DNA from: Lytechinus pictus
Lineage: Eukaryota
DNA length: 64,000 nucleotides
Direction: 5' to 3'
Assembly (NCBI RefSeq): GCF_037042905.1
Contig: NC_087249.1
Location: 8,000,001 to 8,064,000 of the forward strand
A model generated the notes under the pieces. That model was given only the letters and a program-made list of their open reading frames with translations. It was not told the DNA's origin and ran no database searches. Positions 38,904 to 52,671 of this stretch are shown piece after piece. Numbering within the stretch: position 1 is the first letter of the stretch; the number at the start of each line of letters is the position of its first letter. The position numbers and the translations under genes were made by a program.

Positions 38904-39781
38904 TCACCCAGTAAACATTAATCAGTAAGACCAAGTTCCTCACCACTGATGTATGCAGAAAAAATACTGCTTATCATTTTACAAGGCTATAGCCTCATTT
39001 ACAGGACACTGTAATGATATCTGCAGACCAGGGACCCTCCAACACAAATCTTAGTAATTAATTGTACAGTTGTTTTATAAAATTGATTGCACATATGGTG
39101 TATGCAATTGGATGTAAAATCGGTCCTATGATCGATCACTATGTTTTGTGCTAGAGGACTGGGATTGAAGGATTAACAGTGATGGAATTGTTTGCTCGGA
39201 CCAGGTCAATGGAAAATAAGGGCCATGATATGTACAAAATATATCTGCTATTAATGTGGTGTCAGCTCTATTATCCTGAAGCTATTCTAATGACAGCATC
39301 TTCCATAGCAATTAAATTTTCAAATATGTACCTGATATGAAAGTTTGGGTTTTTGTTTGGGGGGGGGGGGTGTTCATCATTGTATTCATCAAGTATATAT
39401 TGTAATATAATAAAAGTTCATTTTGTTCTCTGGAATAAAAAGAAAAGAAAAAAAACCCTGAACATTCTGATAATTACATATACCATGAAGGCCCTCTTAA
39501 AAGAGCAATGTTGAATGAAATAAACTATTTAAAGGGGTTAAATCCCCATTAAAAGGGATCAAGCAACAAACTACATTGTTGAGGTTTCTTTTTTTTTTAC
39601 ATTGGTTTCAACTTGACTGAAATTTAAAACAAATCTTATGGCTGATTTTTATCATGTTAAATACATAATCTCAGTTAAATGTGTAATTTATTGGGCCTTC
39701 TAAATGATGATTTAGTTTAGTTTTGAAAGTGCTTGAAAATAGCCATTTATAGATAATGACAATACAGCAGCCAAGATATAG

Positions 39782-40473
39782 AAACAAGTGGAATGCCTCT
39801 GCCAGGCAGTCTAGCCTGATTTGATATAGCAGCAGTGCTGACTTTGAAAACAGCCATTGAATAATTATTCACAAAAGAAAACATTCATATGATAATAAAA
39901 TACTATGTCCATTGACCCAAAATGGTCTCTGACCATGACCATGTGACCTACATGTAAGATGTGTGCAAAACAATCATTCATACATGTACTTGATGAGCCT
40001 TTATATGTCTGTTTCATGAATTAGATCCATAAACTTTCTAAGTTATGATGCCAATTCCACAAATACCCCTAACACGGCCAAAGCTCATTGACCTTAAATA
40101 ACCTCTGACCTTGGTCATGTGACCTGAAATGCACACAGGATATTCAGGGATACATGGTTGCTCTTATGTCCAAGTATCATGAACTATAAACTTTTAAAGT
40201 TATGACAATTCCCCAAATACCCCCAATATTACCAAAGATTGTTGACCCTGAATGACCTCTGACCTTGGTCATGTGGCCTGAAACTCAGGCAGGATGTTTA
40301 GTAATACTTGATTACCCTTATGTCCAAGTTTCATTAACTAGGTCCATATACTTTATAAGTTATGATGACATTTCAAAAACTTAACCCTAGGTTAAGATTT
40401 GATGTTGACGCCGCTTTTGCCAGCGGAAAAGCGGTGCCTTAAGTCTCACTCTGCTATGCAGGCTAGACAAAAA
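39782..40473 (-). mobile_element. Helentron-associated (HINE/DINE-1-like) non-autonomous element
   Basis: Subterminal inverted repeats GTCTAGCCTG / CAGGCTAGAC; hairpin CCGCTTTT...AAAAGCGG; three ~160-bp core repeats (TGACCTTGGTCATGTG); T-rich ends; no TSD. Confidence 0.65.
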
Positions 40474-43400
40474 TGAACAAACCATTTTTATTTTAATAAC
40501 AGATTGATTGAAAGGTGCAAAAACTTTGTGCCTTTTTTAAGAAATAAAGTAATCGTGAAAAAGATTAGCTAAATGGTTCTCGATGGAAGTATCAATATAG
40601 TATGGTTTTTTATCACGACTCTCCTTTCCACCAAAGATGGGTGTGATGTCAGATACTTTCATCACTCACAGTTATGACTGGAAAAGCATTTATTTTTTAA
40701 ATCTCCTCTATCTATAAAACTTCACTTTATGCTCCATGGAATTTTTGTGAGGCCCTAGACATAATGGATGAAGTATTTCTAGGGGTAAAACAAATTCACA
40801 AATATGACTGACAATACTGCAAAGTTTATGAGACAAAGTCATATTTATTTCATAACATACCTGCATTCTTTGATTTGCAGCTTACAAGAAATAGAAATAC
40901 AAAAAGCCTTTGGACAGAACAACAGAAATTAAATAAGGAAATGATTTAGAATCTAAACTTGCTTGAAATTGAACATATACCCAGTCGCAGTGATATGTGT
41001 TTTCATTGCATGATATACTCTTCCTGATTAAGACCTTAATATAAGAAATAATATAAGGAAAAGCTTTGTCTTAGAGATATTTATGTGGACACAAATGAAT
41101 AGAAGCACAGACAGATAGGGAGGAGCTTGAAATGGGGGAAACAAGCTTGAGAAGTTGAGAGGGAAGAGAGAGAGAGAAAGATGTCATACAAGGAGAATCA
41201 TCATCACCATTATTCATGAAAAAGTACCAGAGAATAAACTCTCAACAACAGAAACAAAGAGGTACAGAATAGAAAACTCCATGATAGTTCATATTGCATT
41301 CCACTGGAGAAGTGCTGGTACTACATTCTTAAAAAAACAACATCGACCACAGAGAACACCATCGTAGAAATAGGAACCGATGAATACAAATATATGCGTA
41401 GATTTGACAGGACGGAATAAGTAACAACTCTAAAATATTGCATACACACTGACACATAGTAGACATTTCAAAACATTTCATACAGAAAATTGACAGTGAA
41501 CATTATAAATCAAGTACTGCCTACTATAGCAGTATTAAAGTAGAGCACAATGCCCACTTCGGAATACAGAAAGACATCTCAAACGTGAATTATTCAATCC
41601 AAAATACTATACATTTTAAAACTATTATTCATGGAAGGAAGATATGCCCTACCAGCATACTGAATAAAATATCAGAACATACTTTATTTAGGGGTACTTG
41701 ATGTATAAACTGAAAATTTAGAATCGAGGTACATGGAAAAGTTTAAGTCAACTTAAAGATACATTCTTACTTAATAAAGTGGAAAATAATAAATTACATC
41801 ACATACATATAAATCTATATTTCAACAATATGTACCATGAACTTAATACCATATCTGCAGCAGAGCAAAACTAAGTATGGACAAATATTCATATTCATAT
41901 ACATTTTGATATTTCTATTTTTGATTCAAAATTTTAAATCACATTATATTTGAGCGTTATTCCTATGGATGCATCCAATGAAATCATAATAAAGAGAATT
42001 GTCATAATTTCAGTCACAAGAATGTTGATGTACACACGACATATGTACCTGTACACATATAATAATAACATTTTAATAATTATATTGGAATGTTCATCAT
42101 AAAAAAAATCATTAATTTGATCAGATGATTCAAGGCTTGAAAGCTGAAAGGAGTATTTTCCATCCAAACAATAGCATATTATTCTAATCATTCAAGGAAA
42201 AAAAATTAACATTGAAATGCATTCTTCACAGTTGAATTGCGACTGTACTCTCATATACAGACTACACAGCAGTATATAACTATTTTCAAGTTACATGTAT
42301 AGGCATGTGATAATGATTATTTATTTAGATAGAAATTTGCTTCACTCAAGATTATGAATGGTACATAATTGGAAAGTACTCGTCAAAATAGAGCCAGGAT
42401 ATATCAAAACAAAAACAAAAGATACGAAACAAGAAAATAACTTTCCAAATAATCTCTTTGCTCCATTGACAAAATTTCTTTTCAGATTGAAATAAGTCAT
42501 ATGCTCTGTATAACTGTGATTAGATAACTGCATAATATTCATATCTCAAAATATGATTGCAATTCACTACTTAATCTTTATTGTGCCAGTAACATATTTT
42601 TCTTGTACCAGGTTTATTGCAGGGGTACTTACATGTCGTATGCATGAGAGAACATTCTTCTACGCTTGCATTTGGCACAGCTACATCACTGTACAGAGCT
42701 ACATGTATGGCAGCCTAAGGGTTAATAATAACATAATCATACTTTGCATATTGTTGTTGAATCCAGTAATATCAAACAAATATAGCCATCATACATGTAC
42801 TGTACATGCCGAATTTGCATATTAACACCTGAAGAACATGGTAGCTACACATCTTATATAACCACAAAACACGGCCAATTTGCATATCAAACATTCTTCT
42901 TTTTCACAAAGGGAGCGTTGTATGAAAAGACTTGTCGGACGTTTTATGCGACAAGTCCCGTTTCATCCGATAGTTACCAAAGAAACTATGCTTCTCAAAA
43001 GTTGTCAGCCAATGGGAAATTAATGGGAGGCTTTTTCCCCCTTCAAATTACAGGGGCTTTTTTATGGGCTGAGGGGTGGGGCAAGTCAGCCTTAGTCACT
43101 TTATATATCTCTCCCACAACTACATCTCACAGGTTACTGACAATATTTGCATAGATTTGTGTTGCTATCTGCTGATTTTTTCTTGAAAATTTTTTCCTTC
43201 CATATTTGTTCATCTCTGCTTCCATACCGTATACTCATTGTAGAGGTTTAATTTACCTTTCTGACTTTATATAGCTGTACTACGTTTTACCAAAAAGACA
43301 TACATCCAAGAAAAAACAAAAAAACTGGGATTCCCATGTACTTTTCTCTTCAAGGGCAAATGAATTATGAAATTTATTTTGTTCATCATAAAGTTCAGTT

Positions 43401-44201
43401 ATTTCTCTTTATGTTGATACCTAATATGAGACAAACTCTTCACACGCATTACTGAGCAATACAGGTTTGAAATTTAATGTAATTAAAGTTAGGTTGCGGA
43501 GAAAAATTGGACAAGTCTGGTTTAACGATAGGATGAACATGCTTTATTCGACTAACGGCTCATTAGCATTTCTTTCATATTCTTTGTTAAGTTTGTGTCA
43601 CTGATCTCTAAAACGAGAGCGGATACAGATTCACATGCAAGTTTCTATGCATATGTTTGATTTTGCCAGCGCCATGAGGCTGAGATGAATGCAAGGAATG
43701 CTCCCCAGGGAGTGGAAATTGTGCACTTTTCGTGTGGGATTGAAATGAATCCAATGACCGGGGTAATAATATGCTGTAACGCGCATTGAGCCATTCTGGG
43801 AAAAGCGCTCTATAACAATTGGCTATTATCATTATTATTATTATATCGTTTCTGACATGCCTCTATGTTTACCGTTGGTAATCTACCATGCGAGAATGAT
43901 TTGCTAAGCTTCTGGTGTCAAATTAAAGAAGAAATTCCACCCTTTACCATGATTATCAAATTTATAATAACAACATAATCAAATAATTGAGAAATTTGTC
44001 TCTGAAAACGGGTTTCCTTTATTGCAGGACACACTGTACATATATATTAGTAATCTAAAGTTCTGAATCCAGTTTTGACCTCATGGACAGCCATGAAAAG
44101 GGTTTGCCAGAATTAGCCGAAACATTTTCCCTGATTTCTACTTGTCCCTTATTCTTGCATCCTCAATCAAACCATACTACGTACTCTCCTCCACTTGCTT
44201 C

Positions 44202-44479
44202 AGGGCCATCCTTGGTCACGTGTGTGACTGAAATTATGACAAATCTTGACTTTAATTAGTTATAAATCTACAAATTTTAGAGATTTATTACTAGTAATTC
44301 AAAGGATATAACATAAACAAGTTTAGTCAGCTATCATTTGGAAATATATTTTGCTGTCTCCAATATGCAGGTTCAAGGTCAGAGGTCAAAGAAATAGGTC
44401 ACTTCACACAGAAGCATGTAACTAATTAAAGTCGAGATTCGTCATAATTTCGGTCACACACGTGACCAAGAATGGCCCT
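44202..44479. mobile_element. MITE with ~60-bp TIRs in the putative LRRC49 3' UTR
   Basis: AGGGCCATCCTTGGTCACGTGTGTGAC ... GTCACACACGTGACCAAGAATGGCCCT. Confidence 0.8.
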
Positions 44480-44690
44480 TCCAAGGAATTTATAACTAAA
44501 TCCTCTTTTGAAAATACTCAAATCACTGTTTGAAATAATCTGTTAGACATAAGTGGAATAGAATAAAATATCCATATTGCCACTTGGAAAAAATTTCCTC
44601 TGCTCTCACAGGTTTAAAGTCAAGAACATGCCATACCCTAAAGCCTCTTGTACACTGTAGTCCCATTCATACTTTGTCATGTATTATTGA

Positions 44691-44891
44691 TCAGCTGTTC
44701 TTGAATCGCTCCAAGGCCCTATGTTGGTAGGTCTGCAAGTCAGCCATGTCCAGCAAGGCTTTGTGGACCATCCCGATGAAGATCTTGGGCCAAATCCGGG
44801 CTAGCGTGGCCACCTTACGGTCAGCATCAATGGCCTCTGAGGTCAGCTGATGGACGTAGGCACTGGCCAGGTCAGTCTTAGATAATCTCTC
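44691..44891 (-). CDS. LRRC49: LRRC49 terminal exon (ERLSKTDLASAYVHQLTSEAIDADRKVATLARIWPKIFIGMVHKALLDMADLQTYQHRALERFKNS*)
   Basis: tcccag| acceptor; 'IWPKIFIGMV' resembles 'LWPQMFIELV'; TGA at 44693-44691. Confidence 0.93.
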   Translation of the reverse strand, partial: ERLSKTDLASAYVHQLTSEAIDADRKVATLARIWPKIFIGMVHKALLDMADLQTYQHRALERFKNS

Positions 44892-44954
44892 CTGGGATTT
44901 GAAAATAAAAAATTATTATTAAGCAAAAAATCAGAAAAGAAGTTGAAAACAAAG

Positions 44955-45212
44955 GGCAAATGGTAGATTATCCGCCTCACGCCTGGGAAGTCGGGAGTTC
45001 AAGCCCCGGCCACATCTGTCCAAAAGACGTAAGAAGATAGGAGTTGCTGCTACCCTGTCTTGCGTTCAACGATTCAAGGGATAGAGCAACGCCGATCTGG
45101 CCCTTCTCAGTGGCTATTGGGCCCACAATCGATTGGGCAAAATGAATTTTCGTGGGATCTCTCCATCTGATTTCTAATTTGAACAATAAAATATGGATTT
45201 ACATTTACATTT
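44955..45212 (+). mobile_element. tRNA-derived SINE, second family; older relative near 36130-36350
   Basis: A-box-like TGGTAGA, B-box GTTCAAGCCCC, AATAAA then ATTTAC-repeat tail. Confidence 0.7.
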
Positions 45213-45646
45213 CTAATTTAATCAAAACTGTATATCCGGCCACCCCTATTCCGGACCTTGCTAAAATGATATGTTCTGCTAGGTCTCTTCTTTCTACTTT
45301 ACTATATAAAAAGATTTTGTGAAATAGTATTATCCTGGCCTATGTAGGTTCACAAGACATGAAGTCAAGTAAATTAGGAAAATTCTGTGTCGCATGAACA
45401 AAAAGGTTTAACGATCTCGTAAACTTGCCAGGAATAATCATAATAAAATCTGTATCATTTCTTCATTAAAAAAATTGATCACAAAATCAAAAGATGTCTC
45501 TCACCACTAAATTTGTTACTCCTTTCCCTTTCAAATATTATCTTTTCACAATTAGATACTGACATGCTAGTCTACTTGGCCATAATCATTGCATGCATAA
45601 GTAGTAATATTGTCAATAATTGTGAAGATAAGAGTAAGATTCTCAC

Positions 45647-45889
45647 CCGGTGGAGACAGTCTAGACCGTCCTCTGAGAAGAATACCAATCCTGCTTTCCC
45701 AGCATTCTCAGAGGTGCTGGGCTGCTCGGCCGTCAGCTGACGTCGAGCTTTCAGCTCTAGCTCGTTGAGAGGCTGGGTTAGCCTTCGACGGCTGTCTCCT
45801 AGCAACATCTGGAGGCGGGAGTTGGAGAGCTCCTCGGCCGTCAGTTTGGACAGGGTACCAAAGTAGTTCTCAGCACTGTATTGATCAGT
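45647..45889 (-). CDS. LRRC49: LRRC49 exon (TDQYSAENYFGTLSKLTAEELSNSRLQMLLGDSRRR...FFSEDGLDCLHR)
   Basis: Resembles 'AERLFG...EL..RL...LGDAR'; ccacag|...|gtgaga; 243 nt. Confidence 0.9.
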
Positions 45890-46238
45890 CTGTGGTATGG
45901 ACATAAAATAAGAGATGAATATAGAGAGGGAGAAACCAAGAATGTCATCATCATCATTGTCATCATCGTCATCATTGTCATCACAACCACCATGAATACC
46001 ATCATCATCATCGTCTATTTCTTCATGATTTTCATTTAGTATCACTTGAACATAAAAGGTGAACAGTTATAACTCATGGCTCTTAATCTTTGGATCACCA
46101 GAAATACAACCCAGCTCTGAAACAAAGAATACTCAGAATTTCTTACAGCACAATTTAATCAGTCCTTCACTTTTAGTTTAAATTCAGTGCGCTGTAATAA
46201 AAAGCAAAAGCCAAAGATTAAAAGTTCCCATGTCTTAC

Positions 46239-46424
46239 CGGTTGTCCGTTGATCTTCTTGATGTTAAGGTGTGCCAGCCTGAAGAGTAGGTACTGTTTCC
46301 AGAGCACATAGTTGGTGATGGGGTTACCTTGTTTGGATATCGTCAGGGATTCTAGTCTTCTCAGGGATGCCAGGGCATTCAGCTGCACAAGATTACTGAT
46401 ATTGCACTCACCAAAATTCACATT
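46239..46424 (-). CDS. LRRC49: LRRC49 exon (NVNFGECNISNLVQLNALASLRRLESLTISKQGNPITNYVLWKQYLLFRLAHLNIKKINGQP)
   Basis: Matches 'NALAQLRR...QGNP...LWKYYVLFRL'; 186 nt; GT-AG. Confidence 0.95.
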
Positions 46425-47103
46425 CTGAAGAGCGACATAGAAAGAGAGAGAGAGAGGGGGGGGGGAAGAAAACACACATTTTAAAAAGAAAATGAATAAT
46501 AATTATACTTAGTTACATAGTGCTTAACACTCCTTTATCAGAAGTCTCTAGGCCCTCTACAGTAATGCAGCATAATTATCCTGGTTTTAGCAGAGCGGTT
46601 GTTACGTAGCCTATGCTATGTTTCAAGGAATAAATTCCTGCCAGGTACCCATGCACCTCACCTTGAGTGCAGCACAATATGGGAACATTTCTTGCTGAAG
46701 ACAAACATGTCATGGTTTGAAATCAACCCCATGTCCCTTGGATTGAAAGACAAGAGTCATAACCACTAGACCACAATGCCTCTAAGGAATGTATAGAACC
46801 AAAAGAAGTAATTTGACTTATTTGATTTTTAATTAAGTAGTTTTAGTCAATGGGGAGAAGATTTCAAACTTCTATGTGATATTTGAACCTCATTTAATTT
46901 TCATTTTTTTGTAGATAGTCAATAACCTCCATTTCAGGTATTATTGACAACAAAATAGGGAAAATATATGGTATACCTCTCATTCTTTTAGAAGCATTTA
47001 GTTCTACTTTCAACAAAAATAAGGACCTCAACTACTCTCTTTGATGAGCTACCAGTAAAGTGTCTCCACCCATTAAATGGTAGGTGTATCCTTTAGGACT
47101 TAC

Positions 47104-47308
47104 AGAGACATTAGGAAACCTGAGGCGTATCTTCTGCAGGTGCTTTGCAACTTTGTTGAAGTCCACAAACTTGATAGAGACGGTAGTGATAGACCCTGCC
47201 GCCTGGACACCCCAGTTCTTATCAAGAGCATCCAGAGATCCAGGGCCATACAGGTGCAGTGTGTCCCCTTCTAACTCTGCTAGGTGGCAGACTTCATCCG
47301 GTGTGATG
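47104..47308 (-). CDS. LRRC49: LRRC49 exon (ITPDEVCHLAELEGDTLHLYGPGSLDALDKNWGVQAAGSITTVSIKFVDFNKVAKHLQKIRLRFPNVS)
   Basis: Matches 'GDTLSLYGSGALESLDRNWSVQTAG'; GT-AG; 205 nt. Confidence 0.95.
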
Positions 47309-48984
47309 CTGCAATACAAGTGTAAGGTAAAATTAAATACATGAATAACGGGTACTCTGCATAAGCTGAATCTCTTGGGGCATTTTAATCTGTTCAACTA
47401 TGAAGTAATTTGACTACTACAGCAAATAAAGTCAATTTATCACAAGTCGACTTATGCTGACTCAATTATAACAGATATGAGAAAATGCTAGTTATTACAC
47501 AATCATTAACATTTTTTTTGCAGCCTAGCAAGTGAAAGCTTAGCATAAATAGGTAAATTTTTGTGATTTGGAAAAAAGAATGCTTTATCATGTCTGGACA
47601 CCAATCAGATACACCTTTTCAGTAATTTTCATAGATGCTTTGTGATTTCAATACTGATTGATTTGTCATAATACTTTGTGAAGTTTATTTACTTCCTAAT
47701 TATAATAGTCTTAGTCCTTTTATGATTAAATTTAGAAAAGGTTCGGGAATAAGCCAGATTGCCAATTTGCATTGAAGAATATAGTTGTTCTGATATTGCT
47801 ATTGAATTGCTAATTTACTGGGATGCCACTAAGAATTGATTAAACAAACCCATGAGAATCATCCAGAATTACCCCTTTCCTCCACACGGAATGTGTTTTA
47901 TATGGCCAAAAATATTTTTTTTAAGTCTAATTCAGGCTTTTGTCTGAAAAGTGGCATCCCTGGATTTACAGATTACAATTAAGATTTTTTTTTAAATATT
48001 ACCTTGAATATTATATATGAAATCAAAATAGGCACAGACATAATTATCATGAATTTTTGCTATTTTGCTTCATGTTTATGGAGTGATTTTCAGGACTCTG
48101 CATCCAAAGATATAGGACCAGACCCAAATAGGGGACAGCCTGTCATGAAATACAAATAAGATCAATAAGAGCAAATTCCACGCAATGGACATACCATTCC
48201 AAACGGTTCCAAAGCACAACTCTTCAAAAATTAGTCTAGAGTATTCAAACATTTCTCAATGGGTTTATCAGACACATTAGTTTATAATTCAGTTGCATAC
48301 ACAATCAATTTGACAAAATATGCCTACAGATTTGGTAAATGCCCCAAAGTGAGTTTATCACTATTCCAATTCATAATAATTTATCACAATAAACTATTAC
48401 ATGCATGTTTTTTTTGTTTTTTTTTGGGGGGTTCCCTTTTTGGGGCAATATAAGATCTAATCTAAGGCATGATATGCACTGAAAGTTTCAGGATATAATC
48501 TTAGTTTGTAGCTTTCTCATATCCAATTACTAAATTGGTATAAGTTATGTGCTCCTAAACAGCATATTCTAAAGAAAAAAGAAAACATTTCCAAGAGAGG
48601 GCACTAGATAGTTGAACTGAATAGTTGTTGAATTTTCAAAGAGAATCGGCCATCAAAATTACAACTACACTTCTGTAAGTTTGGCATGTCAGATGAAACT
48701 CAGACTGTTTGAACGTGATAAATTTTAATCTGTAATGCTCTTTGAAACTGTCTAAAATGATATGGAATTATCCTTAAGATGATGTGTTATGTAAAAGTAT
48801 TATGTATAAGTATTAAAAGTATTTTGTAAAAAATGTACCTCTGTCGAGACTTTCATAAATCTTTTTAAAACTTTTTTATTTAACTCTTTATGCGCCTTGA
48901 GCACTCTACAGAGTGGATTTGGCGCTTTATAAGTCACATTATTATTATTATTTTTTGAATTTCTGAATTTCACTGAAAACTCAC

Positions 48985-49119
48985 TTGGCAAGAAGATCAG
49001 GGGTGGGTAGCTTCCTCTGGCGAGAGTCCGAGCGGGTCGAAGGTCGGCTGGAGTCCTGACTTCTTCCTCCGTCTAATAGGTCAACCGGATGACCTCTGTC
49101 CGATCCTCCCTCACTTGAC
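48985..49119 (-). CDS. LRRC49: LRRC49 low-complexity linker exon (SSEGGSDRGHPVDLLDGGRSQDSSRPSTRSDSRQRKLPTPDLLA)
   Basis: Strong ctctttcag| and |gtgagt; phase 2-2; open frame; GC-rich. Confidence 0.82.
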
Positions 49120-49622
49120 CTGAAAGAGAGAAAGATGTGATATTTATTCAGGTTCAAATAAAGCGGGGCCCCGTCACACAAATCAATAATGCATGCATGA
49201 CAGACTTAGAACAATGGAAAGTGGTGCGACCAAATTTTCATTTGCACGAGCAATAACGATTTTGGGTGAGTTATTCTGGTTTTTAGCTTTATCTATTCGG
49301 AAAATAAATTTCATAACTTGAATATCCATCTTTTCCTCTTCCTCGTGCATTACGAATGTTGAGGTTGGCTTCAAATGAATGAGGGGAAGCGTACCTTTTC
49401 ATTGATGTACATTTCATGAAGCAAATTTATGATGATTATGGCAAAAAAATTACACAGAATTCCGGTTTCCTTTTTTCTGGGACGCACTGTATACTCTTAC
49501 CAAATTTGAATATTGATTATATCTCTTCATATTACAGGGTTTATAAACTTTACCTTAATCTCCTCTATAATTCTTAACATCAACTATGATAATAGGGCCT
49601 TGATGAAAAGGAAGTCCCTTAC

Positions 49623-49783
49623 CCTGGCCGACTATTGTTGGGCGTCGCCAGTCCACTATCCCCTCCCCTCTCTCCTCCTCCATAGAGTGGGGCAGCTTGG
49701 AGGCGTGATGTCTTGGCCAACGTGGTACTCATGGATGCTTCCCACTGCCTTGCTGCATTCTTGATGGCTAGCCTTCTCTTCTC
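49623..49783 (-). CDS. LRRC49: LRRC49 exon (EKRRLAIKNAARQWEASMSTTLAKTSRLQAAPLYGGGERGGDSGLATPNNSRPG)
   Basis: Start matches 'EKKRLTINNVARQW'; atacag|...|gtaagg; 161 nt. Confidence 0.9.
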
Positions 49784-50773
49784 CTGTATTTACAAAACCA
49801 GATTGTAAAACGTACTCGAATGAAATATGCACTTACACTTTTAAAATTCCTTATTCTACAACATAGTAAATCTATTGAAAATGCCCATCAAATCACAATG
49901 AACAGCTGAGAGGTCTTTATCGAACATTGCTGAACCAGAAAAGCTGATCGCCCTAAGATTCAGAGCTGACGCAAAATGGCAAATATGACGTTTGTCCAGA
50001 GTCAAGGACGATACTGCTGTTTTGATTCACCGATTTTCGACAAAGACTGCTTTATCATGAAGGGCTTTTGACGATAGATTCTCAACGTCCCAGAAAGCCT
50101 CTGCATAGTGGTTGTGAAAACCCCTATTGTCATTGAAACACCTATGGGGCGTTGCAAGAAATTTACGTTAAATCGCAAATCAAGCATAAGTGGCAACATA
50201 AAGCATAATGGTATCTTGAAATAAAATTCAGTTGCAAATATACATAAATATCCATTTATTTTTACTTGATTTTGGGGTACTTATGCCTTATTTGAAACTA
50301 AACCTAACTTTCTCGTAATGCCCCATCACAATATACAATTTGAAACTGAAAAATAGCCCGCTAAAGCCCAGCGCACACCATACGATTTGTTGCGTTCCGA
50401 ATTTCAAAGAAATTGTAATCACACTTGATATGAACATTCAAACCAATAAAATCTTAGTAGTCAGAGTTCAGAATAGTGGTAGGACTACTGAGGTCGAAAT
50501 TCAATTCCAGATCTTAATGACGTCATCTTCATTGGCTACGACTTGAAGCCGATTTGGACTTTCATCCGACCACATGGCTTGCCGCAGAGCAAATTTGAGA
50601 TTTTACTCAATGTATTATTCCTACCATTATGCCAAACTTCAAATAAAATAACTTTGCTTCTTGGAACTTTCATATTTAATGCAAAATGCGATTTATAAAA
50701 AAATTGCGTCGTATCGGATCACATAGTGTGTGCCAGGCTTAATAACAAGCCTCAGAGATTTCAAACTAGATAC

Positions 50774-50857
50774 CTTGAGAACAGCCATTCTGTTCACCTC
50801 TCTCTTCTTCTGCTCTTCTTTCTTCACCACAGCCAGTGCAACCTTCCTCTCATCCTC
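50774..50857 (-). CDS. LRRC49: LRRC49 coiled-coil exon (EDERKVALAVVKKEEQKKREVNRMAVLK)
   Basis: gttag|...|gtatct; 84 nt; matches 'EEERRMASVLAKKEEEKKRE'. Confidence 0.92.
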
Positions 50858-51827
50858 CTAACATATTTAAAAATAAAAAAATATATAAAAAGAGGTGCGA
50901 TGAATGGGCAAGACGAGGAGATGTTTGACAAAGGAATTTTAAATGAAAATATAATAATAATAACATTTATATAGCGCGTATTACATTGTGTCTCTAAGCA
51001 CTTTACATGTACATACTATTATCCCAATCACCAGAACTTGCACTTTCTCCACTCCCTGGGGAACATTCCAACAAGAGTTCCAAGACTCCAATGCTAGGCA
51101 TACTACATTGGTTTTCGCATCCTACTGGGTACACATTTAACACCTGAGTGGAGAGAAATATTACCATGCGCAATGTCCACAGTTGCATTTCAATTCAAGT
51201 TCACAATGTTGAGACACTGCATAAGCCAAATTTTGATCAGACATACTAAAGTATTGAGTTAAACTTTGAATGATGAGCAACTTATAACAACAATACGATC
51301 ATCACTCTTGAGGCCCGTTTCATAAAGGTTTGTCATAATAACAAATGCACAATTTCTATAACAAATTTACTATCAGTCAATCAGATTGAAGGATTTCAGT
51401 AGCTTTTAACTGTTATTGCAAATTTGTTATTATAACAAAATTTATGAAATGGACCCCCCTGTAGTATAATTTATCACATAGTGGTACACAGCTTTCGTAT
51501 GTACAAAATCAATCTTGATTTGCTCCTATAATTGGCCACAAATTTTAAATTTCTAATAATTTTTCATACTTACAAAATTAAGTATGGATAAAACATGAGT
51601 CAGACTGAATGATAAAATAAAACTCCTAACAAAAGTTGCCAGTTTGCATTTTTAAATAGTAACTTGTTGTTTCTATCACATTGCCATTTTGGAGTGTGCC
51701 ATGATTAGTGCAAGTTCAATTTTCATACTCTGAAAAAATAAAGTATGGATATAACATGCATCAGAATGCACGATAGAAGCAATATTCTATAAAAAAAGCT
51801 GAATGATAATGATAATTTCAAACTCAC

Positions 51828-51975
51828 TGATATTTTCTTCATATCCAGTTGTTTCAGATAACCCATGCTACGGATGATGATAGATTTGTAGGAGGATTCC
51901 TGGCAGAATGGGTTACCATCTAAAGATACTTCAGTCAGAGAGGTGGAGTCAGCCAGACAAGAGATATCATCCCAA
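51828..51975 (-). CDS. LRRC49: LRRC49 exon (WDDISCLADSTSLTEVSLDGNPFCQESSYKSIIIRSMGYLKQLDMKKIS), LRR cap
   Basis: SCLADS..DGNP..QLDMK motif; GT-AG; 148 nt. Confidence 0.95.
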
Positions 51976-52671
51976 CTATACACATGGTTGTAAGTAAAGA
52001 AAAAAAGAGAGATACATAGAGAGAGAGGGATGCAAGAAAAGAGACAGAAAGACAGAGAGCAAGGAAGGAGAAGATGAGAGCAAGGCAGAAAATGTGAGAT
52101 AAATTCTGAAAGAATAACACTAATAAGTTATCTAGCTGAATTCATAAAGCCGTTGTCGAGGGACCATGCAGTTCCAGAAGCCAACAGGTATTTTACAGGC
52201 AATTGTTCTTCACAGCAGGATAGTGAATCTATTTAAGGGTTGACAAAAGTATGTACGTTTAAACACATTTTACAAATGAAGCATAATAGCGGAATTGATG
52301 AGGGCATATGCTGAGGCATTTCCCGAGGAGGGATGATGGGCATATCAATGAGGGGTCGGCCAAAGAATATCCTCCAGAAGCCAGGTAGAGGAGAGTAAGA
52401 GGGTTTGAGGATAGAGGATGCAATGAATCATGCGAAGAGGAGGGAGGGATGGGGTAAGTGTGATTGCCGCAAGTGTGAGGTGAATCAAACCATTCCCGTT
52501 CATGGGGGAAGAAGCAAGATTCAAAACGTTAGACTACATCTTCTTCTATCATTGGTAGCACTTTAAATAAACATTGTCTATTCTGACCAATGTCATGTTA
52601 TGTCATGCAATCTATGAAAGTAAGAATTCAAATGAGCTTTCGAGTCAAACTTTCTCTTTGTGAAGCATCAG

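Noticed and set aside
44680..44693. Stop-codon readthrough or selenocysteine at the LRRC49 TGA
   Set aside because: Context is TGA-TCA rather than TGA-CTAG, the position matches the family C-terminus, and no SECIS was recognised
45890..45898. Non-canonical acceptor adding IPQ to match vertebrate 'VTQND'
   Set aside because: No AG or AC at that position and the donor is U2-type; the canonical cag at 45890 is simpler
46147..46191. Extra LRRC49 exon after a strong acceptor
   Set aside because: Upstream intron would be only ~47 nt and the frame contains TGA
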